Assembly: GCA_963664815.2 (NCBI GenBank)
Contig: CAXXHB010000003.1
Coordinates: forward strand, 1,280,001-1,344,000
Length of the DNA stretch: 64,000 bases
Origin: Spirochaetota bacterium
Lineage (GTDB): Bacteria > Spirochaetota > UBA4802 > UBA5550
Reading direction: 5' to 3'
The first letter of the stretch is position 1; each line of letters starts with the position of its first letter. Under the pieces are notes generated by a model, which was not told the origin of the DNA, did not search any database, and was given only the letters and a program-made list of their open reading frames with translations. Below are positions 31,896 through 40,898 of this stretch, piece after piece. The translations under genes were made by a program, and so were the position numbers.

Positions 31896-32117
31896 ATGGA
31901 ACTCCCGGGGAAATTATCTGAACTGATGAGTGAGAGTCCGGGGAAAACGGTCGGCGCCATAGCCGGCCTTGTTCTTGGCATTCTTGTTCTTGTTTTTGGC
32001 CTGCTTAAAATCATGGTTGTAATAATATTTATAGTTCTCGGCATCATCATAGGGAAGATGGTTGATGACAGGTCTTCTGTCATTGAAGGAATAACAAATC
32101 TATTCAGAAGAAGATAA
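31896..32117 (+). CDS. Small membrane protein, DUF2273-like
   Basis: PGKTVGAIAGLVLGILVLVFG...GIIIGK pattern; start 2 nt after the efp stop. Confidence 0.75.
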   Translation: MELPGKLSELMSESPGKTVGAIAGLVLGILVLVFGLLKIMVVIIFIVLGIIIGKMVDDRSSVIEGITNLFRRR

Positions 32118-32135
32118 CCCGGAAGACTGAATCAG

Positions 32136-33353
32136 ATGAAACAGTCGGGAGATAAAAATACATTTCAGCATCTTCACGAAGCTTACATTTCGTTTAAAAA
32201 AAAGAAATACACAAACGCGGTAATTATTCTTGAACAGATTAAAGACGGAGGTCAGGAGGATCACTACGCTCTTTTTCTGAAGGCGGTCTGTCTGCTTTAC
32301 CTCGGTAATCTGCAGGGAGCCAATATCCTGATGGATAAAATCCGGATTATTAATCCTGTATATACTCCATTTATCCAGCTTAAGGCCTTTCTTGCTTTGA
32401 AGTCTTCCCTTAGCCGTGAGGATGCAATTGCCGAGTATATAAGTGCGCTTGAGAAAAAATCATCAGACAGGCTACTCCGCAGAGGACTAAGGAGAATAGA
32501 GAAATCGGCTGATTTCTACAGATATCAGAAAGAGGCTAAACTGACCACTCTTGTGTCTGTTCCACGTCCCGGGAGGAGAAGTATTGTTTCTGTCAGTGAC
32601 AGGCCGCAGCGAAGGATAGAGGCAGGTCGCCGGAGAGTTCGTATACCTGTAGTAAAACCGGCTTTAGTTCTGCCGATACTGCTGATCTTACTGTCTGTTG
32701 CCGGTCTTACAGCTTTATTCTATAATATCGAAAAAATTAATTTCTTCGGCAGCCGTGATGCGGTGAAGCTAAGCAGAGAAAAAGTAAGTAAAATAGATAT
32801 GGTGGATATCAGCGGTTCGGGATATGGTATTATTAACAGGATAAATAAAGATAAAACACCGGAATTCTACTCATCGGGAGATATCCTTTTAAACGATTTC
32901 AATGAAGCAAGACTTCTTATGAAAAAGGGATATTTTAATAAGGCTATAATTATACTTAACAGGATAACTAACAGCAATGCCAGTTACCCGGTAAAGGAGA
33001 AAAGCGATTTTCTCATACGGTTTATTATGGAGTCCGATGAGAGAGTTTATGAAGAGATGGATCTGAAACAGTTCAGTGAAAAACCGCATCTCTTCCGGGG
33101 GAGCGCCGTGAAGTTTACAGGCAGAACCGCCAATGTAGCAGAGGGTAAAAGCGGAACAGCCTTCACTGTAATGGTAGGATATGACGGGAATAATTTTAAA
33201 GGTGTCTGTGATGTTTATGATTCCGCAAAAAGTGCTGTTGATAACGGGGACATGGTTGAAGTGCAGGGGCTTTTTATTCTTAATATAGGTAAAGGTGGTA
33301 TACCTTATATATCTGCAGAAAAGGTTAAGGTTATCAGTAAAAATAAAGGTTAA
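32136..33353 (+). CDS. Hypothetical membrane-anchored protein with TPR-like helices and OB-like C-terminus
   Basis: 405-aa ORF in the operon; helical repeats, single TM (LVLPILLILLSVAGL), GDMVEVQG beta-rich end. Confidence 0.65.
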   Translation: MKQSGDKNTFQHLHEAYISFKKKKYTNAVIILEQIKDGGQEDHYALFLKAVCLLYLGNLQGANILMDKIRIINPVYTPFIQLKAFLALKSSLSREDAIAEYISALEKKSSDRLLRRGLRRIEKSADFYRYQKEAKLTTLVSVPRPGRRSIVSVSDRPQRRIEAGRRRVRIPVVKPALVLPILLILLSVAGLTALFYNIEKINFFGSRDAVKLSREKVSKIDMVDISGSGYGIINRINKDKTPEFYSSGDILLNDFNEARLLMKKGYFNKAIIILNRITNSNASYPVKEKSDFLIRFIMESDERVYEEMDLKQFSEKPHLFRGSAVKFTGRTANVAEGKSGTAFTVMVGYDGNNFKGVCDVYDSAKSAVDNGDMVEVQGLFILNIGKGGIPYISAEKVKVISKNKG

Positions 33354-33394
33354 ACAATCCGCCGTTGCATCAGTATAAGAGTTCTTTTAATTTG

Positions 33395-34057
33395 TTATCT
33401 CTCCGCCGAAATAATCCAGTGTGAAATGACCTTTGATATATCTCCTATAATTGTTCTCTCCATCCAGCCGTAACTGAAAATCCCGAATATGCTGAATATA
33501 TCTTTTAACTCCTCCTCGCTGAAGAATGAGACAACGCCCCCGGTAAGATCGTCCAGTCCGGTTTTCCAGGTGTTATTTCCCAGATGATCCCCCGTTTTTA
33601 AATATGTATCATTGTCTCTTCTTAATGTGGCAAACAGAGTCCCTCCTTTTTTTATTACTCTTTTTGTCTCTCCAAGCATAAAACGCATTTCTTCTTTTGT
33701 CGAGTAGTGAAGGGAGCCCCAGGCGACGGCTATATCAAAGGTTTCATTTCTAAACGGCAGACTTTTATTGTCACAGTTAATCAGATTGTGAAAGCCTGCT
33801 TCACTGCAGATATTAAGAGCGTTAAGGCTGTAATCGCTTCCGAAAACTTCCGGAATTCCCGATTCTCTAAGGAGTGAAATATGCCTGCCGCTTCCGCATC
33901 CTATATCAATTGCGTTTAATTTATCTTTATTGCCGGCTTTTTTAAGTTTGCCTGCTATCAGACGCACAAGATTTTCATCAGGATATGATAATACAGATTT
34001 GTTTTTTTTATAATGGCTGTTCCATTCGTTCATTTTCATTCTGTATAATTTCTTCAT
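33395..34057 (-). CDS. Class I SAM-dependent methyltransferase
   Basis: IDIGCGSGRH, LPFRNETFD, WGSLHY, KKGG; exact start uncertain. Confidence 0.9.
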   Translation of the reverse strand: MKKLYRMKMNEWNSHYKKNKSVLSYPDENLVRLIAGKLKKAGNKDKLNAIDIGCGSGRHISLLRESGIPEVFGSDYSLNALNICSEAGFHNLINCDNKSLPFRNETFDIAVAWGSLHYSTKEEMRFMLGETKRVIKKGGTLFATLRRDNDTYLKTGDHLGNNTWKTGLDDLTGGVVSFFSEEELKDIFSIFGIFSYGWMERTIIGDISKVISHWIISAER

Positions 34058-35294
34058 CCTCTTTTTTTGATTCTTTTTTTATCCGGATATTCATCTCTTT
34101 TTCAGCTGAATCTGCATTTTCAATTGCGTGTTGAACAGTCTTGCCTGATGCAACTATTACACCAATACGGTCATGATTAGTTAAAGGGCGTGTAGTTTTT
34201 TCTCCAATATGCTTGAAGATTCTTGTGAAAATTATATCATCCATTTTCTGAACAGAATCGGTATTACATGATGTAAGTACACCGTTTGTTCCGGTTATAT
34301 ATTTTACAGCAACAGGATTATTTAATGATAATTTCAGCGGAATTTTAAAATCATATGAAGACGACGCCCTGAGCGTATTACCGAGATGATTGTAGCCTGT
34401 GGCGGCCGGTATCATTATATCCGGAATGAATTCACCGCCAAACTCCGGTACAGCCTCAAGGAGGTAAAGTTTTTCATCGCTGTCAACAACAAACTCCATA
34501 ATCAATGGTGCAGTATGTATGTTAAAGGCATCTGCAATTTTCTGCCCGGTTTCAACTGTGTTATTTACCAGATGCTGGTACTTTGACGGTGCAGTATGCA
34601 TGATGTCGACAAAGTGTGGATGTGGAGTTGTTTTTTTATCGCTGACAAGTATATGGTAGTATTTTTTTTCATGAATAAGACCGGCGCAGATTATTTCATC
34701 TCCCGTTATGAACTGTTCAATAATATAATCCTGTGCGGAGTGATGTTTCATGAATTTATCAAATTCAGCGGAGTTCTTTATGAGTATCACATCCATTTTT
34801 GCATGGCCGGTTTGCGGCTTGGCAATAACTGGGTAGAGTGTCTCTTTAATACCGGAAATTTTTGTTTTCTGTGTAATATTTACGGATGCGGGTGTAAGTA
34901 TTCCATTCTCGTCGTATATTTTTTTTGTAGTTTTTTTATTAAGAAATTTTTTACTGTTTTCAAAAGGGAGGAAGGGCAGGCCGAATTTTTCACAGAGATA
35001 TGCTGTGGTGATAATTGCATTACCATATGATTTTGTCATTATAGTGGAAATTTTACCATCTACGAGCATCTCCCTGAGCTTTACATAGATACTTTCATAA
35101 TCTTCAACAGATTCCTGAATTTTAAGATCACAATGATAGAAGCCTGGTGCTGATGCATTCATATCAACTGCAATAACCTGAAACCCGTTTCTTTTTGCTT
35201 CTTTTATCAGTGGTATCTGATTTATACCTGCACCTATTGAAACAAAATAATCATTTGAAGGTCTGGTTTTTTTCCCGAATATTTTAAACTTCAT
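34008..35294 (-). CDS. ATP-grasp domain protein
   Basis: IGAGINQ Rossmann-like start, NKKTTK, PVIAKP, IIEQFITGDE, EF...LLEA. Confidence 0.85.
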   Translation of the reverse strand: MKFKIFGKKTRPSNDYFVSIGAGINQIPLIKEAKRNGFQVIAVDMNASAPGFYHCDLKIQESVEDYESIYVKLREMLVDGKISTIMTKSYGNAIITTAYLCEKFGLPFLPFENSKKFLNKKTTKKIYDENGILTPASVNITQKTKISGIKETLYPVIAKPQTGHAKMDVILIKNSAEFDKFMKHHSAQDYIIEQFITGDEIICAGLIHEKKYYHILVSDKKTTPHPHFVDIMHTAPSKYQHLVNNTVETGQKIADAFNIHTAPLIMEFVVDSDEKLYLLEAVPEFGGEFIPDIMIPAATGYNHLGNTLRASSSYDFKIPLKLSLNNPVAVKYITGTNGVLTSCNTDSVQKMDDIIFTRIFKHIGEKTTRPLTNHDRIGVIVASGKTVQHAIENADSAEKEMNIRIKKESKKEDEEIIQNENERMEQPL

Positions 35295-35546
35295 ATTATA
35301 TTTCCGGCCCTCCAGTGATATTTGTAGACACTTTTAAGTAACAATTATAAACACTAAATCAACGACAGTGGTTTTATATATCTTAATCGCTCTGAAGCGA
35401 AATGTTAAAAACAACCTTTCTGATTTAAAAGTCGGGAAATTTTTAAAAATTCTAAACTATATATAGTTATATAGCAATACAAATTTTATATGATTGGAAG
35501 GATTAATTGAATTTAGGTGTTATTGTATGCGGATAAAGAGGATTTA

Positions 35547-36032
35547 TCAGGTTTTACAGAATGATGAATAAACCAGTTTCTGTACATCTTCACAACTTAC
35601 AATTTTTTTATAAACAGGACAGTCTCTGCAGGAAGGAAAAGGATCGAGACATTTTTCTACAGTTGCCCAGCAGGGTTTTGTGCTTATATTGTAAGCTTTA
35701 CAGAGAGTCCCATGTTTTGAATTGCATTTTCTAAGCTTGAAACATGGTACAAATGCAAGCAGCCTTCTTATCCCCTCAAAATTCAGTCCCTCTTCCTGTA
35801 TCATTTTTTTTATGCATTTGACTTTTTCAATCTCCAGGTCGGAGTATAATCTTCTCCCTGTGGTGGTTTTGTAAGTGATTATCAGCCCTTCCGCTTCGTA
35901 TAATCTCAGGGTGTGCACTGATACGCCGAGTTTTGCCGCAGCCACACCTATCGTATAAACAGGCTCAAAGAAGTCCCGTGAGTCGCGGTTTATTTCAGGA
36001 GTATATTCACTTTCATCTTTTATAGTGTTCAT
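35547..36032 (-). CDS. MerR-family (HspR-like HTH) regulator with Cys-rich C-terminal domain
   Basis: YTIGVAAAKLGVSVHTLRLYEAEGLI, GRRLYS; C-terminus PCF...C...C...PCW...C...CRDCPVY. Confidence 0.9.
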   Translation of the reverse strand: MNTIKDESEYTPEINRDSRDFFEPVYTIGVAAAKLGVSVHTLRLYEAEGLIITYKTTTGRRLYSDLEIEKVKCIKKMIQEEGLNFEGIRRLLAFVPCFKLRKCNSKHGTLCKAYNISTKPCWATVEKCLDPFPSCRDCPVYKKIVSCEDVQKLVYSSFCKT

Positions 36033-36105
36033 ATTTTGTTTAAGTCCGGTTCCCTGTCAGAAAACATTTTTCTGCAACTCTTTGAACAAAGCAATGATTT
36101 TTTTA

Positions 36106-36143
36106 AATAAAAGTAACGTCATATTTAAGGCGTTACTTTTATT
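36106..36143. terminator. Hairpin between fadL-like gene and merR (terminator or processing stem)
   Basis: AATAAAAGTAACG-N12-CGTTACTTTTATT. Confidence 0.5.
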
Positions 36144-36293
36144 CTGTGTTATAACTGTAAAGTTAATTATTTTCTGAATAATGATCATCTATATGCTGTA
36201 AAAAAGATTTTCATTGTTCTTTTTAATTCTCATCTGAGCATCCGGTTCGAATTTATGCTATATATATAAATGAAAACCGCCTGATCCAGGTTG

Positions 36294-37472
36294 TCAGAAA
36301 TTATATGCTATACCCATATCCAGTGAGTATTGCGACATCTTTGTCTCACCCAGAGAAGATTTAACCTTAGCTTCCGGTGAATACATGTAACCGAGTTCAA
36401 GGGAAAGTTTTTCGCCAAGTTTAACACCTGCACCGGCTGTATAGTGCCATTCTGAAACAGCAGGAAAAAACATGTTTGCATTTAGAGCATTAGAGTTATC
36501 TTCACTTAACGGCATCTTCCCGTAATTCAGACCAGCCCTTATTTTCAGGATAGGCATAACATTATACTGTAAGCCGAATTTATATACAATCTGGTCATCC
36601 CACTGCATGTCGAAGCTTCTGTCACCGGTTGCAGAACCGGTATATTCGGGCAGATTATTCCCGTTGGTTTCAGACCATCTGATCCACTGCAGATCAAAAG
36701 CAATAACAAGTCCGGTAACAGGTTTAAATCCAAAACCGATAGTAGCACTCATGGGCTGGTCAAATGTCAGAGTATTCCGGGCAGTTCCTGCGGTTGATAT
36801 GTATTGATTGAATTTAAAATCCTGAAATTTACTTTTTGTTTCATAAACAATACCTACAGTCAGCATATCAACAGGTTTTACAGTAACACCTATTGTGCCG
36901 CCATAACCGAATGCAGATGACGTCATGTCAACAATCTGTGCGCCAAAACCCGGGTTGTACATTGAATATTCCATTGTGGCATACATAACATTCAGCGTAG
37001 CTCCAATAGATATCATATCATTTACTTTGTAGGAAATTCCTGGTGCGAATCTCATGTTGGTATAGTTCGTGTAAAGCAGACCACCGGATGAGGCACCAAG
37101 ATCGTAGTCAACTCCCATTCCCGAAACTCCATACGCTCCAAGACCAAATGTCATATCTGCATTAAGAGGTATAATCATTCCGAATGCAGGTACAGGAGAT
37201 GCCTTTTTATCTGATGTAAACTCTGCTCCCGATGCCGTTTCGGTTTTAACTGTCGGGGCAAAGTACGAGGCACCGAAATCGACTCTTCCTCCAAGCGACT
37301 GGATTCCTGCAGGATTGGTAAGAATAGATGCCGCGTCAAGATTAACTCCGGTACTCGCTCCACCCATGGAATCCTGTACCGGGCCAAAACCTATCATTCT
37401 CATGCCGTTTGTGGCAAAAGCGTTTGATACTGCTACCAACATTAGTATTGACAAAATGAAACTTTTTTTCAT
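36294..37472 (-). CDS. fadL: OmpP1/FadL/TodX-family outer-membrane transporter
   Basis: Signal peptide, ATNG...SMGGA...NPA hatch motif, amphipathic beta strands, C-terminal YNF. Confidence 0.88.
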   Translation of the reverse strand: MKKSFILSILMLVAVSNAFATNGMRMIGFGPVQDSMGGASTGVNLDAASILTNPAGIQSLGGRVDFGASYFAPTVKTETASGAEFTSDKKASPVPAFGMIIPLNADMTFGLGAYGVSGMGVDYDLGASSGGLLYTNYTNMRFAPGISYKVNDMISIGATLNVMYATMEYSMYNPGFGAQIVDMTSSAFGYGGTIGVTVKPVDMLTVGIVYETKSKFQDFKFNQYISTAGTARNTLTFDQPMSATIGFGFKPVTGLVIAFDLQWIRWSETNGNNLPEYTGSATGDRSFDMQWDDQIVYKFGLQYNVMPILKIRAGLNYGKMPLSEDNSNALNANMFFPAVSEWHYTAGAGVKLGEKLSLELGYMYSPEAKVKSSLGETKMSQYSLDMGIAYNF

Positions 37473-37547
37473 ACTGAACCTCGCTTTATAGTTTTAACCT
37501 GCCCTGTGCCTCTCTACAGGCCGGGCAGGGTTTTTTAAGAGTATTTT

Positions 37548-38795
37548 TTATATTTTTAGATTTTCACATACAATCTCTGTCAGGTATTTAACCTCCACAT
37601 CAAGTCCATAACCGCTTTTAATCAGCTGCAGCTGAGTCACGCAGTTTTCGCAGGCTGAGACCACTACTTTAGCGCCGGTTTTAACTATCTGTTCTTTTTT
37701 AGGTTTTCCGGTTTTAATACGGAACTCCTCGTTGTCCAGGGCTCCAAGACCACCGCCGCCTCCGCAGCACCAGTTCTGTTCCCGGTTTGGAGTCATTTCC
37801 CTGTAATCTGAAGCTATGAATTTAAGGACATCGCGCGGTTCCTCGTAAATACCACCATTTCTGCCGAGCTGACAAGGGTCATGGTATGTAATGGCTTCAG
37901 TTACGGATTTTTCTTTCAGTTTAATTCTTCCGCTTTTCATATACCGGTATATTACCTCGACAATACTTGAGACCCTGAAGGGGAGTTCTCCCATAAGGCT
38001 GTGAAGAATCCTGAAAGCAGTACCGCATTCAACCATAACAACTTCTTTTACTTTTAACGATATGGCCTCCTTAATTATCCGTTGGGCGATGAAATCAGCT
38101 TTTTCCGGATCTCCGGCAAAGAATCCGAAATTAACACCTTCAAAGTAACTGAGAGTCCAGTTTTCCTTTGCAGCATTGAAAATTACAGCCGGATTTACTA
38201 TAGAGTGAGCACCCGCAAGTCCTACATATAATATGTCCGCATTCATTTTCTCCATAGGTATAAGATTTTCAGATGAAGGGAGCATAAGCTTTTCCTGAAC
38301 AGTTTTTTCAAGGTCATGAATTATATCACGGTATCCATTTTTGAATTCATCTATACTTTTTCCTTTTTCAACTGCGGCGTCGGCTAGCATCACAAGCTCT
38401 TCAGGTGCTGTGCCGTTTTTTACAAGGAGATGTTTGGCTACACCCATCATCATCCCGGTATCAATTCCGAACGGACAGTTCACCATACAGCGACGGCATC
38501 CCGTGCAGGACCATGCAGCTTCATGCAGCTGATCCATTACAGTGTCGCTGAATTCTGCTGCATCAGTCAGATAAGGGAATAACGTTCCTGACGGGCGGGT
38601 ATATCTTTTGTAAAGTCTGCGTAATACCTCGGCGCGCCCTACCGGGGAAAATTCTTTTTTAGGAATCCCGTTATATGCATGGCATGTATCGTAGCACAAA
38701 CCGCATCGTGTGCATGTATCCACATAATACTTCATGGGCCTGTTTAAACGGGACTTCAGTACACTTTTAAGTTCTCTGATTTTTTCTTTTTCCAT
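37548..38795 (-). CDS. Fe-S oxidoreductase, DsrK/HdrD/TmcB-like (two 4Fe-4S motifs plus CCG domain)
   Basis: CTRCGLCYDTC, CTGCRRCMVNCP, YHDPC, CCGGGGG, SACENC. Confidence 0.88.
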   Translation of the reverse strand: MEKEKIRELKSVLKSRLNRPMKYYVDTCTRCGLCYDTCHAYNGIPKKEFSPVGRAEVLRRLYKRYTRPSGTLFPYLTDAAEFSDTVMDQLHEAAWSCTGCRRCMVNCPFGIDTGMMMGVAKHLLVKNGTAPEELVMLADAAVEKGKSIDEFKNGYRDIIHDLEKTVQEKLMLPSSENLIPMEKMNADILYVGLAGAHSIVNPAVIFNAAKENWTLSYFEGVNFGFFAGDPEKADFIAQRIIKEAISLKVKEVVMVECGTAFRILHSLMGELPFRVSSIVEVIYRYMKSGRIKLKEKSVTEAITYHDPCQLGRNGGIYEEPRDVLKFIASDYREMTPNREQNWCCGGGGGLGALDNEEFRIKTGKPKKEQIVKTGAKVVVSACENCVTQLQLIKSGYGLDVEVKYLTEIVCENLKI

Positions 38796-38798
38796 AAT

Positions 38799-39515
38799 TT
38801 ACTTCCTCTTCAGGTTTAATGAAAGAAATGCAAACACCATATGTACCATCTTTGTGAAAGGGAGCATCATTAAAACGATGTTTGCGAGAAAGATATGCAG
38901 AGCGATGAGTACAAAGTGAGGTGAGCCGGCCATGTTTTCCGGGATAACCGGTTTGAGCGCTATTATGCTTCCCAGATATTCCCTGTACATATCAGCGTTA
39001 ACTCCGAATTGTGCCATCCCATAACGCTCACCGATATGCAGATGAGTGCCGATTACTGATGTGACAAAAAGAAGAAGAAGTATTATAAAGTCCTCCGGAA
39101 CTGATATCTCTCTCCAGGGGGTCCGAAACCTTCTAAAGAGAAAATAGAGCAGAGATGCAATAACTGTCAGTCCGACTGCACCCGCACCCAGAAAAACTTC
39201 ATGGCGGATTAACTGAATGATTTTAAATTCCCTGATGAGTTCAATGTGCCCCAGCAGCAGAAGAAACATTGCAATGTGAAACAGAACAATAAAAAACCAG
39301 AAGACTTTTGCCTTGCCCCAGGCTGAAGGAACAGACAATGCTTCTGCAGCGATGCCGACTGGGCGCGGCAACTTCCGGGGGTATGTCGCAAGTGAACCGC
39401 GGAATTTTTTTGAGAAAAAAACCGCCGCAAGTTTGAAAATTATTCCCCCTGCAAAAACAGCAGCCGCAGTGTACAGCATAGGAACCATGGCAAAATAATA
39501 AATTTTATCCCACAT
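38799..39515 (-). CDS. Membrane cytochrome b, NarI/DsrM-like
   Basis: About five TM helices with His ligands FHIAMFLLLLGH, LHIFLA, TKMVH; LFRR motif. Confidence 0.85.
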   Translation of the reverse strand: MWDKIYYFAMVPMLYTAAAVFAGGIIFKLAAVFFSKKFRGSLATYPRKLPRPVGIAAEALSVPSAWGKAKVFWFFIVLFHIAMFLLLLGHIELIREFKIIQLIRHEVFLGAGAVGLTVIASLLYFLFRRFRTPWREISVPEDFIILLLLFVTSVIGTHLHIGERYGMAQFGVNADMYREYLGSIIALKPVIPENMAGSPHFVLIALHIFLANIVLMMLPFTKMVHMVFAFLSLNLKRK

Positions 39516-39536
39516 AAATAATCCCTCTTACACGGT

Positions 39537-39776
39537 TTATTTTAATTTTTTAATATAGAAAACTGTAACGTTATCTTTTTTTTCTGTGCCGACAATTTCG
39601 TTTCCGGTGGACTTTGCCCAGGCCGGAAAATCGGCATGTGCTCCAGGATCTGTGGTTTCTGCTGCAAGAACCTGTCCAATCTGCATTTTTTTTATCTGCT
39701 GACTTACTTTAATAACAGGCATAGGGCATGCCACACCCTTGAGATCCATGCTGATATCTGATTTAATTTCGCTCAT
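39537..39776 (-). CDS. tusA: TusA-family sulfur carrier protein
   Basis: DLKGVACPMP (CPxP), TDPG...DFPAW. Start after AAGGAGA. Confidence 0.92.
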   Translation of the reverse strand: MSEIKSDISMDLKGVACPMPVIKVSQQIKKMQIGQVLAAETTDPGAHADFPAWAKSTGNEIVGTEKKDNVTVFYIKKLK

Positions 39777-39905
39777 ATTATTTCTCCTTTTAAATTTTAA
39801 AATTATTTCAATTAACGTTTCTGTCTGTAATTCCATAACTGGTGATATCAATACAGAAACATTCCAAATCCTTCAATGAGAATATTGCCTGCAGAATTTA
39901 CTTAA

Positions 39906-40445
39906 TCATATGAATAGCTGTATTTTGCTGTCGCCAGCCTCTTCCAGAAATTTTGCCACTCCGACGAACTCTCTTCCAGGATAGTCGATCATCTCATCCT
40001 GTTTAAAACCCATAAGATCCATTGACATATCGCATATGTAGATCTTAACCTCCATTTCTATTGCCATGGACCGTAATTCTTCAAGTGATGCTACATTTTT
40101 CTTCTTCATCAGATGTTTCATCATTCCTGTTCCCATTCCACCCATGTTCATTCTGGAGAGTTTAACCTTACCTGCACCTTTCGGCAGCATAAATCCGAAC
40201 ATTTTACCGAAGAGATCTTTCCCTTTCCCTTTTTTCTTCTTATCCCTCAGGGAGGGTGTAGCCCAGAATGTGAAAAACATAACTACTTCCATTCCCATTG
40301 CGGCAGCGCCTGTTGCGATTATAAACGCTGCCAGAAGTTTATCCAGGTCGCCGCTGAAGACAACCATTGACAGCTTGTTTTTTCTGTCGTCACGGACCTG
40401 CTTCATTTCGTTCTGCAGTGATTCAATTACTTTTTGAACATCCAT
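39906..40445 (-). CDS. DsrE2-like (DsrE/F/H) sulfur-relay protein
   Basis: VFSGDLDK, AAAMG, FFTFW, LSRMNMGGMG, ICDMSMDLMG; AGAGGAG RBS. Confidence 0.9.
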   Translation of the reverse strand: MDVQKVIESLQNEMKQVRDDRKNKLSMVVFSGDLDKLLAAFIIATGAAAMGMEVVMFFTFWATPSLRDKKKKGKGKDLFGKMFGFMLPKGAGKVKLSRMNMGGMGTGMMKHLMKKKNVASLEELRSMAIEMEVKIYICDMSMDLMGFKQDEMIDYPGREFVGVAKFLEEAGDSKIQLFI

Positions 40446-40501
40446 AATATACTCCTCTTAATTGTATTACTCTGGAAAAATGAAAAATTAACAATAGTAA
40501 C

Positions 40502-40612
40502 TCCTGACCTTTTTTATAATATAAAATACTCTATATCTTACCGCCTCCAAAGTCGGCGGTGAGATATAATCGTTCATTTTAAACTGAAACTTATGATCAT
40601 GAATTAACATCG
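40502..40612. repeat. Dispersed intergenic hairpin element, copy A
   Basis: TCCTGA...AATACTC-TATATCTTACCGCC-N9-GGCGGTGAGATATA-ATCGT...GAATTAACATCG. Confidence 0.75.
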
Positions 40613-40702
40613 AAAATTTAAAATCTTAACCATACATCCTTAAGATATGTAAGGTTTGTGAATAAATCTATAAATGATATAATTTACAATCATATATGCT
40701 TA

Positions 40703-40758
40703 ATTGACACATGCATATAATCTATATTATATAATATAGATTATATGCATGTGTCAAT
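40703..40758. promoter_or_regulatory. Perfect 56-bp palindrome containing TTGACA-N20-TATAAT on both strands
   Basis: ATTGACACATGCATATAATCTATATTAT|ATAATATAGATTATATGCATGTGTCAAT, between the divergent dsrE2 cluster and the araC gene. Confidence 0.8.
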
Positions 40759-40898
40759 ATGTTTTTATCTTTTTTTATTTTTTTTTCATGTTTATAACTG
40801 GCGGTATTTAAAATTTAATTCTTGTTAATTTTATTGTATTAATTACAGACGTGTAATTAGCTTTTAAAATCTATTTGGCGTGTATCAAACGGGAGTAT

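Noticed and set aside
37548-39515. Nitrate reductase or full dissimilatory sulfite reduction call
   Set aside because: No narGHJ or dsrABCJOP in the window; only a NarI/DsrM-like and DsrK-like pair.
40703-40758. Palindrome as a protelomerase (telRL/ResT) site
   Set aside because: No resolvase or phage/plasmid genes nearby, and the flanks are unique rather than mirrored; kept only as a regulatory or artefact candidate.
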